Source: Octopus sinensis
Taxonomy: Eukaryota
Direction of reading: 5' to 3'
Assembly (NCBI RefSeq): GCF_006345805.1
Contig: NC_043018.1
Coordinates: forward strand, 4,588,001 to 4,652,000
DNA length: 64,000 nt
Shown here: piece by piece, positions 26,894 to 37,853 of the stretch
How the letters are laid out: the number at the start of each line of letters is the position of its first letter
How positions within the stretch are numbered: position 1 is the first letter of the stretch
Made by a program: the position numbers and the translations under genes
The notes under the pieces: generated by a model
Told to the model about the DNA's origin: nothing
Databases searched by the model: none
What the model saw: only the letters and a program-made list of their open reading frames with translations

Positions 26894-27118
26894 TCCAATC
26901 AAAAATAAAGAGAGAGAGTGGGAGGTGGGTACTGCCAAGCAAACCAAGTCTGCAGTTTCATTTCAATTCTTTGTAGATTCTATCAAAACTTACTTTGAGA
27001 ACATACAGAGATACACATGAATTTATGAGGTCACTAGACTTACTAGAAGTAGCAGTCAAATGTCCTTCAAATCACACACTGCTGTTTAAAAAAGGGATAC
27101 ATACTGTAGTGCAGTGTA
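26894..27118 (+). repeat. 225-bp direct duplication, copy 1
   Basis: Identical to 32289-32513 except for 2 substitutions. Confidence 0.93.
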
Positions 27119-27256
27119 CAATATCCCTGAAAATTAGAAGAGTAAATCATGGCAGGAATGCCTTTGGCCATTGGTTGGCTGTTACAAGGAGAAGTGTTCT
27201 CAGCAGCACAAACACACACACACACAGGCATAAAAGCTCTTCTGTTATTGACTTAC

Positions 27257-27311
27257 CATTGGACTCCATCATGTTAGCACATTCTAGGCGTAATTTACCA
27301 AGTAAAGAATA
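27257..27311 (-). CDS. DARS2: DARS2 exon
   Basis: cttctctttcag|TAT...AAT G|GTAAGT; 55 nt; YSLLGKLRLECANMMESNG, close to human CSLLGKLRLECADLLETRG. Confidence 0.92.
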
Positions 27312-27661
27312 CTGAAAGAGAAGAATAAAGAAGAGTAAAGAAGGGGAAACTAGAGAAAATGTTAGGTGTACCAGTGATACACCAGGGGGTATGTGTTTAA
27401 ACTGGGTGACATGATAGGGGTGCCATCTATGGACCAGGAGACTGTGTTAAGTCGTTGCAGTGGTATTAAACAGGCTGAAATGGTAGGTCCACTAGCTAAA
27501 GACCAAGAGGCAGTATTAACCCTTTAGCATTTCAGATTTCTTTGTCAAATGTATTGCTTATATATTCAGTTAATCCAAACATGAAAACACAAAGAGAAAA
27601 CACAACAACGTGAGGACGTGGAACAAATATAGTATTATTGGATGCTCAGGAAAGAAGGCGG

Positions 27662-27696
27662 GTTTAACGTTTCGAGTGGAGCTCTTCGTCGGAAAC
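27662..27696 (-). ncRNA. Minimal hammerhead-ribozyme-like motif in a Penelope-type terminal-repeat fragment (~27570-27770)
   Basis: Minus strand GTTT-CCGACGA-A-GAG/CTCCA/CTC-GAAAC-GTT-AAAC: stem I GTTT/AAAC, 3-bp stem II, palindromic ACGT stem III, and a CCGA variant of the CUGA core. Confidence 0.5.
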
Positions 27697-28601
27697 ATAG
27701 GAGAAGGAAAGATCCAGAGAAGGGAAGACAGAGGAAAAAAAAATCGTCAACGGTACACACAAGGTCACATTATATATTCACATGGTTTTGAATAAATCAT
27801 GCATCATCTGGTAGCTTCAAGATTTCAATGATGCATTTGTATGTTTTTAGAATGACATTGTAGGGTAGGTATGAGAAGTTGGATCTGGTTGGGTTTAACA
27901 TAAAACAGGAAGAATATTTGGGTTGGGTATGGCCAGATGAAATGCTAAAAGTTTTGTAACAGGATTAGAATTCAGGAACACTGGAGGGGTGTCTGGTCTG
28001 ATCCTGTCACATTCAATTCTTGTTGAAGAAACGGAGACAAAGTCAGGCTGTCTTCGATAACAGCAAGTGGTGGTTTATTCTGCGGTTTACAGGTAAAACA
28101 TGTACACCTGTATTTCTTGTGGGGAAACCGGCAGCCGAATCCACAGGACTGGTTACAATGTTCTCTCGTGCGAGTCAAGATGATTCGGTGTTCATTCCCG
28201 CTTCGTTGGGGGTGAGGTTCTCTGTGTGTAGGGTTGTTCCCTGAGAGAAAATCAAGCCATGTCCGACCGCTTGCGCTGCTCTGCCAGAAAGACTGATTCA
28301 GTGGTCGGGCTTTCAGGTTGCAGTTCCTGCACATTCGCATACTTCCGGTGGCCAACCGGAAGCAATCCAATTCTGCACATGTGCGCTGAAACTTACACAG
28401 TAGCGTCACTACAGTTTAAACTTGCTATCCAAGAAAAAAGCAGCAGTTAATGTCCAACTGGACAGTGTGCTAGTTCTACCAACAAAAAAACAAATATTTG
28501 TGCTGAACTGTATATTAGGTCAAGCACCTAACACCTGAGCTCTCACTTCTGTTCTATGGCCTTTCTTACTAACATGAAGTAAATTAACAAGTTTTACTTA
28601 C

Positions 28602-28754
28602 TGGATGTTCATGGATTCCAGCAGCTAAGAGGACAACATCTCCAGGTTCCAGTCCAAGGTAGTTTGTTAGTTCTTCTTTTAGGTTCTGTTGTAAAACGTT
28701 AGAAATTGGTGATTGCCATTGATTGTTGTCTTTGATGACAATGATGGTTAATCC
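28602..28754 (-). CDS. DARS2: DARS2 exon (GAD domain)
   Basis: atctattccag|GGA...CCA|GTAAGT; 153 nt; GLTIIVIKDNNQWQSPISNVLQQNLKEELTNYLGLEPGDVVLLAAGIHEHP (W.SP...GDVVLL.AG motif). Confidence 0.9.
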
Positions 28755-29564
28755 CTGGAATAGATAATTAAATATTTAAACAGTTTTTCTCATTAACATT
28801 TCTTAATGTTGTACAGTTTAACCTCATTATATAATAAAAGGCAATCCAACAATGGCCAACCTGTACTTTTTATCAAACATTTTCTTTTACTTATGAGAAA
28901 AGACATAGGTGCAAGCATGGCTGTATGGAAAGAAGCTTGCTTCCCAACCACATGGTTCCGAGTTCAGTCCCACAACATGGCACCTTGGACAAATGTCTTC
29001 TACTTTAGCCTTGGGACGACCAAAGCCTTGTGAGCGGATTTGGTAGATGGAAATTGAAAGATGATGACGACAATGACAATGATAATGATGATGACGATGT
29101 GTGTGTGTGTGTGTGATTTTGTGTCTGTGTTTGTCTCTCACCACCATTTGACAATATAAAATCTGACAAAATGCCACTAAGCCTTTTGCCAGGGAATGCT
29201 AGCGATTCTACTGGGACAAGGCTAGCAGGTTCATGGGAGTGGGTAAGTCAATTATATTGACCCCAGTAGCCAACTGGTACTTATTTTATCGACCTGAAAG
29301 AACGAAAGGCAAAGTTGGCAGAATGTGAACTCAGAATGTAAAAACAGACAAAATGCCACTAAGCAATTTTTTTTCTGGCATGGTAACGATTCTGCCAGTT
29401 TACCATCTTAATAATAAAAATAATAATGGTTTCTAATTGAGGCTCAAGGCCAGCAATTTTGAGGGGAGGTGGTTAGTTGATTCTATTAACCTTCTGCCTC
29501 CCCCTGTACTTGAGTGGTACTTCATTGAGTCCAAAAGGATGAAAGCAGAGAGTGAAGGTTTCAT

Positions 29565-30200
29565 ATTAGCTGCTCAAGACCAAAGCTTATTAACCCGAAC
29601 TACCAAGCCAATGTGATAAAAAATGGAGCTGACCCAAAATGCCGATTCAGTAACGATGAGATTGAAACAATAGACCACCTAATCTCAGGGTGTAGAGTCT
29701 TAGCACCTGTAGAATATAAAGCAAGACATGACAGAGTCAGCTAGTATTTACACTGGACAATATGTCGACATTATAAAATCAAAACCACTGACAAATGGTA
29801 TAAACACCATCCTGAAGCTGTGACTGAGGGAGAAAATGAGTCGATTCTATGGGACTTCCCCGTACATACCGACAAGACTATAAAAGCTAATAAACAGGAG
29901 ATTATAAAAGATCAGACAAAAAGGATGTGTTTATTAATTGACATGAGTATTCCTTGCGAACACAATATAGCGGCGAAAGAATTTGACAAGATCGGTAAAT
30001 ATAAAGACTTGCTAATAGAAATTGAAAAAATGTGGCATCTCAAGGCGACTACAGTACCAGTGATTGTAGGATCTCTAGGAATGATAAAAAAAAGGTACTG
30101 AAACCTATTTGAAAATGATTCCAGGCTTACCATCCCTACAGGGGTGTTAACAGGGTGTTAACTGGAACGACTCATGTACTGAGAAGAGCATTATCGCTTT
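29565..30200 (+). mobile_element. Older R4/Dong-type RLE element fragment (different subfamily)
   Basis: ETIDHLISGC...ARHD...WYKHHPEAVTEGENESILWDFPVHTDKTIKANK...IDMSIP...KYKDLLIEIEKMW...VPVIVGSLG; frameshifts. Confidence 0.82.
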
Positions 30201-30660
30201 GAAAACAACATCCATTCATGAATTTATTTATTTATTAATTTTTTAAATACATGTTTTACCTGTGAATTTGTGTGTGTAATCTGGGAATGCACACAATGAG
30301 CTTCTCTGCCCTAGGTGTACGGAAAACACTTGACAAGAAACGGAAGAAAATTTGAAGAAAGAAGGAAAAAATATGATAATAAGAATAACAACAATAATGG
30401 TTTCTGATTTAGGCAGAGGGTCAGTAGTTTTGATGGTAGGGGTTAAGTTGCTACCAAAGACCCAGTACTTGACTGGTTCTTTATTTCATTGCCTCCAGGG
30501 GAAGGGGTTAGTCAACAGAAGCAACCCCAATGCTTGATTTAGTTTAAAGATCCCAAGAGATTAATGGCAAAGCTGACCTCAGTGGAATTCAGTTCAGAAC
30601 TTAAAGGAACAGAATAAAACCAAGGATTTCTTTCCCCACTTAGACAGAGATGTTCTGTTA

Positions 30661-31220
30661 GAACATACTATAGTGTGGTAGAACATACTATAGTGTGGTA
30701 GAACATACTATAGTGTGGTAGAACATACTATGGAGTGGTGGAACATACTATAATGTGGTAGAACATACTATAGTGTGGTAGAACATACTATAGAGTGGTA
30801 GAACATACTATACTGTGGTAGAACATACTATAGAGTGGTAGAACATACTATAGAGTGGTATAACATACTATAGAGTGGTAGAACATACTATAGAGTGGTA
30901 GAACATACTATAGAGTGGCAGAACATACTATAGAGTGGTAGAACATACTATAGTGTGTTAGAACATACTATAGAGTGGTATAACATACTATAGTGTGGTA
31001 GAACATACTATAGAGTGGCAGAACATACTATAGTGAGGTAGAACATACTATAGAGTGGTATAACATACTATAGTGTGTTAGAACATACTATAGAGTAGTA
31101 GAACATACTATAGAGTGGTAGAACATACTATAGTGTGGTAAAACATACTATAGTGTGTTAGAACATACTATAGAGTGGTGGAACATACTATAGTGTGGTA
31201 GAACATACTATAGTGTAGTA
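30661..31220. repeat. Minisatellite, 28 x 20 bp (GAACATACTATAGTGTGGTA)
   Basis: Exact 20-bp phase with no indels; substitution variants only; no unique spacers. Confidence 0.97.
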
Positions 31221-32288
31221 GTTACCCTAAGAGAAATTCTCATATTGGCTTTTAGTGCAAAATGCCTTCTTTATATTGCTTGTGGGGGAATAAATCCCTG
31301 TCACCTGATCATATGAGTTTCACCTTCCTTGGTCTCGTCAATGATGGACACCCGACTGCTATTGATAGAAGTGATTCATCTCCCTGCTAGTGAGATATGG
31401 AATAATGGTGCCAGGACAGGCAAAGTGTTGCAGTTTGCCAGGAAATATTGATTGCAGAATTAATACGAAGAAGTAACAATTATTTCCCTGCTTAAATGTG
31501 GATGTTCTGGTGGACCAAACTATAACTGCCAGATTGACAATGTTATACAGAGATAAATAAAGCTGTGGAGAGAGAGGGGAAAGAGGGGGAGATAGGGGAA
31601 GAGAAAGAGATGGACTTTAAGAGATAAACTGTTTATCAGAGGAAATTACAAAAACAATTCTTGTCTCAAAACAACCCTACCACCACCACCACCACTACCA
31701 CTACCATAAAAAAATAAATAATAAAAAGCATAGAGAAACTTCCAGAAGAATAAAGAAAACAGTGATATTGTAATCTGAGTCTGTCTTTTGAGTATTTATC
31801 TTCAACATTAATGCTGTTAATGGGGAGTGTTGGGACTAATTGAGTGAGAAGACGTTACTTTTATCTGCCCATTGACAACATAATCCCTGGGGGGGGGGAG
31901 ATTTTACACAAAAAGTTCATCAAACAGAATTACTTGTTTGTGTGTGTGTGTGTGTGTCTGTGTGCGTGTTTGTGTGTGGGTGCAGGCGTAGTTGTGTGGT
32001 AAGAAGCTTGCTTCCCAACTACATAGTTCTGGGTTCAGTCCCATTGCATGGCACCTTGGGCAAGTGTCTTCTATGATAGCCTCAAGTTGACCAAAGCTTT
32101 GTGGCTGTGTTTGTTCCCCACCTCCATTTCACAACTGGTGTTGGTGTGTTTACATCCCTGAAACTTAGCATTTCAGCAAAAGAGACCAATAGAATAAGCA
32201 CCAGGCTTTAAAAAAAGAGTCCTGAAACAAATAAAAGATAAAAGGTACATTCATACACACACACACACACGCACACACAGAGTGACCC

Positions 32289-32513
32289 TCCAATCAAAAA
32301 TAAAGAGAGAGAGTGGGAGGTGGGTACTGCCAAGCAAACCAAGTCTGCAGTTTCGTTTCAATTCTTTGTAGATTCTATCAAAACTTACTTTGAGAACATA
32401 CAGAGATACACATGAATTTATGAGGTCACTAGACTTACTAGAAGTAGCAGTCAAATGTCCTTCAAATCACACACTGCTGTTTAAAAAAGGGATACGTACT
32501 GTAGTGCAGTGTA
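32289..32513 (+). repeat. 225-bp direct duplication, copy 2
   Basis: Identical to 26894-27118 except for 2 substitutions (A/G). Confidence 0.93.
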
Positions 32514-32546
32514 ATGTCAGTGTGCACACATGACAGAGTGTAAATG

Positions 32547-32658
32547 CAGTTCTATATTTGAGGGATGAGGAATTATGTACATTATTTACAATTGATGGAT
32601 ATTTGTCCTCATATTGTATGTTGTTCACACAATATTTCGGCTGATATACCCTCCAGCC
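32547..32658 (-). repeat. Inverted copy of the same tail placed directly 5' of the SINE
   Basis: 32578-32658 is the reverse complement of 32812-32890 at roughly 90% identity. Confidence 0.85.
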
Positions 32659-32663
32659 TATGT

Positions 32664-32892
32664 GGGCATATGGTGTAGTGGTTAAGAGTGTGGGCTACTA
32701 ACCCCAAGATTCCAAGTTTGATTCCAAGCAATGACCTGAATACCGCCGTCGCCGCCGACAATGATGATGAGGAGAACCCAGGTTTGAAATTTCCCCAAGA
32801 CACCTGAAGAAGGCTGGAGGGTATATCAGCCGAAACGTTGTGTAACAACAAACAAGATGAGGACAAATATCCGTCAATGTAAATAATGTAAA
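32664..32892 (+). mobile_element. tRNA-headed SINE-like element with a Penelope-type tail carrying a minimal hammerhead motif
   Basis: Head has A-box TGGTGTAGTGG, anticodon-arm-like GGG-CTACTAA-CCC and B-box GTTTGATTCC. Tail has ACAC-CTGAAGA-A-GGCTG-(10 nt)-CAGCC-GAAAC-GTT-GTGT at 32800-32843. Confidence 0.65.
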
Positions 32893-33160
32893 TAGAGTGA
32901 AAATGATTCAAGAGGAAAACTGGGTGCAAGAGAGAAGACGGAACTGATTTGGTCATGTGATGCATATCGATGAGGACAGCTGCATAAAGAATTGGTGAAC
33001 TCTAATTGTGGAGGGTAGACCCAAGAAGATGTGGGACAAAGTGGTGAGAAAGGATCTTCAGGCACTGGGCTTCACCAAGGAAGTGACAAGGGACCAGCAG
33101 ATGGTGATTTGCTGTACTTGATGTACTGTATCAAGCCAAGTAAAATCGCTGTCTTCCGTA
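32893..33160 (+). mobile_element. RTE-like LINE 3' fragment (a short 5' piece at 32514-32546 is separated by the hammerhead SINE)
   Basis: Degenerate ..WFGHVMHIDEDSC...RPKKMWDKVVRKDLQALG; similar to 25690-25800. Confidence 0.6.
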
Positions 33161-35559
33161 CATACAGGCTGGTCTTTTCAGGTGCTGGTACCACTCAAAA
33201 AGCAGCCATGCTGGTGCTGCATAAACACACCCATGCCAATGACACAAAAGAAGCACCTAACATACTCTATTAGGTGGTTGGCATTAGGAAGAACATTTAG
33301 CCATAGAAACCAAGCCACGACAGACACTTGGAGTGTGGATAGCTCCCTGCTAGCCAGCTCCGGGCAAACTGTCCAACCCATGCCAGAACGGGAAGCAGAG
33401 GATATATATAAAGCAAACCAAAACTACAAACAAAAACAACAAAAGGACATCCACAGTGAATGAATTGGGCTGATGCTCAGTTTGAGATGGGAGAAAGGAT
33501 GGAGGTGATGTTTCGAGGATGGTTGTACGTCGTCAGAAAGAGGAAATGTCTGGAGAGAAGGAAAAGAAACATTCTGAGAAAAGCACATGTGTGATTACAT
33601 GGCTGAATATACATGCATACATACATATACACACATACATACATGCAGGGCTTCTTTCAGTTTTCCCCAACAAAACCCACTCACAAGGCTATGGTCAGAC
33701 TAAAGCTGTAGTAGGAAACACTTGACCAAGATGCCATGCAGTGGGATTGAAACCAGAACCATGTGGTTGGGAAGCAACCGTTTTAATTACACAGCCATGC
33801 GAGGACCTGAACATATTTTTAAAAAAATATAAAATGTATTTTCATTCGCCAAGAAAGTGAAAATGAATTTGTAAGTGGAATAAATAAGTGTAGGCTTTAT
33901 TAAAATAAAGAATTGTTGTTAAACCCCAGGCCAACCCTGACAGAGCAGAGACTATGATCAAAAGCATTCCATCTTTGACCAACATGTCTTTTGTGTGTAT
34001 CAGAAGCAACATTGCCTTATGTACCCTTCTGTATTTAAGATGGTTGGTTGTTCAGGAAAGTATAACTGCTATTTCTACCAGGTCAAACGACCATGTAGAT
34101 GCCTCTCTTACTGGATTAGTAGCAGAGCAGATGGGAATTATCTTCTTTATTTTTTTCTGCTGCTGCTACTACTACTACTACTACTACTGCTGCTGCTATG
34201 AAATAATGAAGAAGTCAAGCCACACTAATGAAGAAATACTGAGAGAGGTAAGTGGGAAGGAACAGGGAGTTAGTTGTCAACAATGACAAATGGTTGGCAT
34301 TCTTTCAGTATTGTCACTAAATCAAGTGGTACCACTGGGTACCATCTTCTGGGAAGACTAACACAATACAAGAGAATATCTTTCCATTAATTATTAATTA
34401 CTAATACAATGAATTGGCACAAATTGGTGCAGAAAGCCTTGACTAAACAGCAAGTACTTTTTAGTTTTTAACCCCCTCTAATCCTGCTCTAATCCTGTCT
34501 GGCAGGGTTACTCCTTTTTACCAGCTCTGGGGACTGGAGTAATGTGAAATGAAGTGTTTTGCTCAAACACAATGCATTGCTTGGTTCAGGCATTTAAATC
34601 ACAATCTTTCAGTCACAAGTCCAACACCTTAACCACAAAGCCATGCAGCAACCACAATAATAATAATCCAGAAAATACAGAATGGCAGCAGCTGGAATAT
34701 CTTTGAGTGAAGGTCTGTTTAACTAGGGATGACTTAGCATTAAATGACAACAAACATTTTAACGAAAAGACATTGTAGACTGCATCCAAATATCTGCAGG
34801 CATGGCTGTGTGGTAAGAAGGTTGTTTCCCAACCACATGGTTCTGGGTTCAGACCTTAGGCAAGGGTCTTCTACTCTAGCCTTGGGCCAACCAAAAGCTT
34901 GTGAATGGATTTTGTAGATGGAAACTGAAAGAAGCCCATCATATATGTGTATGAGTTTCTGTGTGTGTGTGTGTTTATTTCCCTCCACTACTTGACATCC
35001 AGTGATGGGGTGTTTATGTCCTTGTAACTTGGTGGTTTGGCAAAAGAGACCAAATAAGTACCAGGCCAAATAAAAAAAAAAGTACTGGGGTCGATTCATT
35101 CAACTAAAATCCTTCAAGGTGGTGCCCCAGCATGGCCACAGTCCAATGACTGAAACAAGTAAAAGATAGAGAGATAAATACTAACAGCAATGATCATCCC
35201 AGCTCTCCTCCTTTGAAGACCATGAGCACAGTCCATCCCTCCAGACCAATAATAATAATCCTCTCTATTAAAAGCAGAAGGCCTGAAATGTTGATGGGAG
35301 GGGATTAGTCAATTTCATCAACCCCAGTGGAACAGTGGAACATAATTTATCGACCCTGAGAGGATGAAAAGCAAAGTCGACCTCAGTAGAATTTGAACTC
35401 AGAATGTAAAGATGGACAAAATGCTGCTAAGCCTTTTGCCTGACCTCCTCACAATTTTTCCAGCTTGTTATGATAATTGCTAAAAGTCCACCAGCTTTGG
35501 TTTCATAAACACAATTGATACCAGACACAACATGGCATCAGTAGTAAAGGGAACCATTG

Positions 35560-36445
35560 CATTGGGCAACAAATTTCAACTTTTTCTTCTTTTCGTTACA
35601 GACATGTAAACTCCTGATTCCTACCAAATTTCTGATGCTAATTTCAGATCTGATATCTAAATTTCTCCATCACATCCTGATTTTGTGTAACCGAAAATCC
35701 CTATTTTTCATTTTCCTCACCTGCTTCTATTACAAAAGCCATCTAAGCTACTTTTCCATGTCACATTTTATGTTAAGCATATTTAAACAATTCGTGAACA
35801 GAGATGTCTTTCCTCCTTTTTCTGATTTAATACAGGCAGTAGAATTCTGTTGGCAGAGTCACCACCTCTGCACCCAACCACCTACCCAAAGTGCATTAGT
35901 ATCTTGTTACTACCGAAAGGCAGCTTCTTGTTCTTAAGTGAAAACTTTGGTGTTTCCTCTTGCTTTGTTACTTGTAGGATGATGAGCTCTCCTTCTGCAG
36001 GAACAATAACCTTTCGATTGAAATTATCTTGGTATCTGTTTGCCATAACTGATATCTGTTGGTGGAAACACTCACCATGCTTGTCACTCACAGCCCCAAG
36101 GTTGGCCAGGAAGAAGTCAAGATGAGAATGTAAAAAATGCATTTTCAAAGACATTCTGCATCCTATTTTTCCATAAGGCATGTCTTCTACAAGTTCATGA
36201 TGGATTACAGCTTTGTGGTTTCCAAGAAAATTTTTGACAACTTCAACAAAAGATGTCCATGCTCCGTTCTCAGTTAGATTAGATGGAAATGATGAGTCAT
36301 GGATGACACTGCAGATCTGTGGTCCAGTGAAAACTCCAGCTTCTAGTCAATGCATCTGTCAATGTTCCCTTCAATTTATCCTTTGAATATTGGAAACCTC
36401 TACTTTGATGATCCATACCCTTCATGAAATTTTTAATAAAGCTGA
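35560..36445 (-). mobile_element. Decayed DNA-transposon remnant, probably Chapaev3/CMC-type transposase C-terminus plus terminus
   Basis: Fragments GVFTGPQI...AWTSFVEVVKNFLGNHK...GCRMSLKMHFLHSHLDFF.NLGAVSD.HGE.FHQ. The end reads CATTGGGCAAC at 35560, resembling a CAC-type TIR. Superfamily assigned from memory of the motif. Confidence 0.65.
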
Positions 36446-36699
36446 ATTTAATGTGAAGTGGTAGATGTACTTTCTAAAGGTCAATAGGTGCTGGCTGCTA
36501 TTGCTAGCAGAGCAGACGACCATGCAGAGGTGCCTTCGTTAACTGGGTTGCAGTGGTGGGGGTTAGGTGGTGGTTGACACTAGATGTTGTGTGCTAATTG
36601 TTTCTTTAGCAATTTGCTCCCAAGGGGGAGACTACAATCTTGATAACACGGCACAGACTAATTATCTCCTTCTCTTTATATATTCTCCTATATCCAATT

Positions 36700-36742
<43 letters not shown>

Positions 36743-36890
36743 GCTCTCTCTCTCTCTCTCCAGCTATCTTACTCTTACTCTATCTATCTCTATCTAGCTT
36801 CATTCATTTATCTTCACACACACACACACACACACACACATAGAGAAACACACACACAACCACAGAAGACTCCTTACTATTAATCTGACA

Positions 36891-36932
<42 letters not shown>

Positions 36933-37822
36933 GAAAAGAATGCTCAAACACATGCATGCACGACTATACACGCTCATTCAGACATACAGAGTGTGTGTGT
37001 GTGTGTGTGTGTGAATGTAGACCGAGGCGAAACCAGTGACAGAGTGATGGTCTGGAAAAGAAGGAGAGAAAGAAAGCAGCAGCAGCAGCAGCAGTGTCTT
37101 TCACGGTGACAAAAAAAAAAAGCAAACTTTGAAGAAAACCTTCTCCAAAAACCGTCTTGAAAGAATGTGAACCAAAGAGTGGCGTTTTGGGTGCATGAAC
37201 AACCTGAGCCAAAATGTGAGTAAAATAATCTTTTATTTTGTAATTTTGAAGATTTATTTTCTTCCCATTACATGACCCCACATTTATGCGGACATAGAGT
37301 GGTAGGAGGGCACAACCCCTTCCTCTAGAGTAATCATCATCATCATCATTTAATGCTTGTTTTCCATGCCAGTATGGGTTGGACTTATACAAAAGCCTCA
37401 ACCAGGAATGGTATTAGTCCAACCCATACCAGCATGGAAAATAGATGTAAACCATACATAAAAAAAAAATTTGAAATTCCCCCTCACCCTACAAACTCTT
37501 TTGCAGAAGACAAAGGTCAACACTGATCCAGTAAGCTTTAGGGGTTCAATCCCAGATTGTTTATGGCTACCCCTGTCCCTTAATAAATTTCATGTTTCCT
37601 TAATCTACCCATATACTCCTTCCTCTTCAGAGTTCTTTTACTCTTCACTTTCTTGTTTTCTTCGTATTTCATCTCATCTACTTCTAGCTTCCATTGCTGT
37701 CTTCCTTTACGTCAACCACTTTCGGTCCCTAGTTGTAGAGTACCAAAGCACTGTATACAATAAGCTCATCATCATCATCATTATTAACCATTTAGCATTT
37801 AAACCAGTCATATCCATATATG

Positions 37823-37853
<31 letters not shown>

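Noticed and set aside
30661-31220. Regular repeat array resembling a CRISPR array
   Set aside because: Units are contiguous with no unique spacers, there are no cas genes, and the context is a eukaryotic intron.
32664-32736. Possible tRNA gene
   Set aside because: Acceptor and T stems are broken and it continues into a repeat tail; treated as a SINE head.
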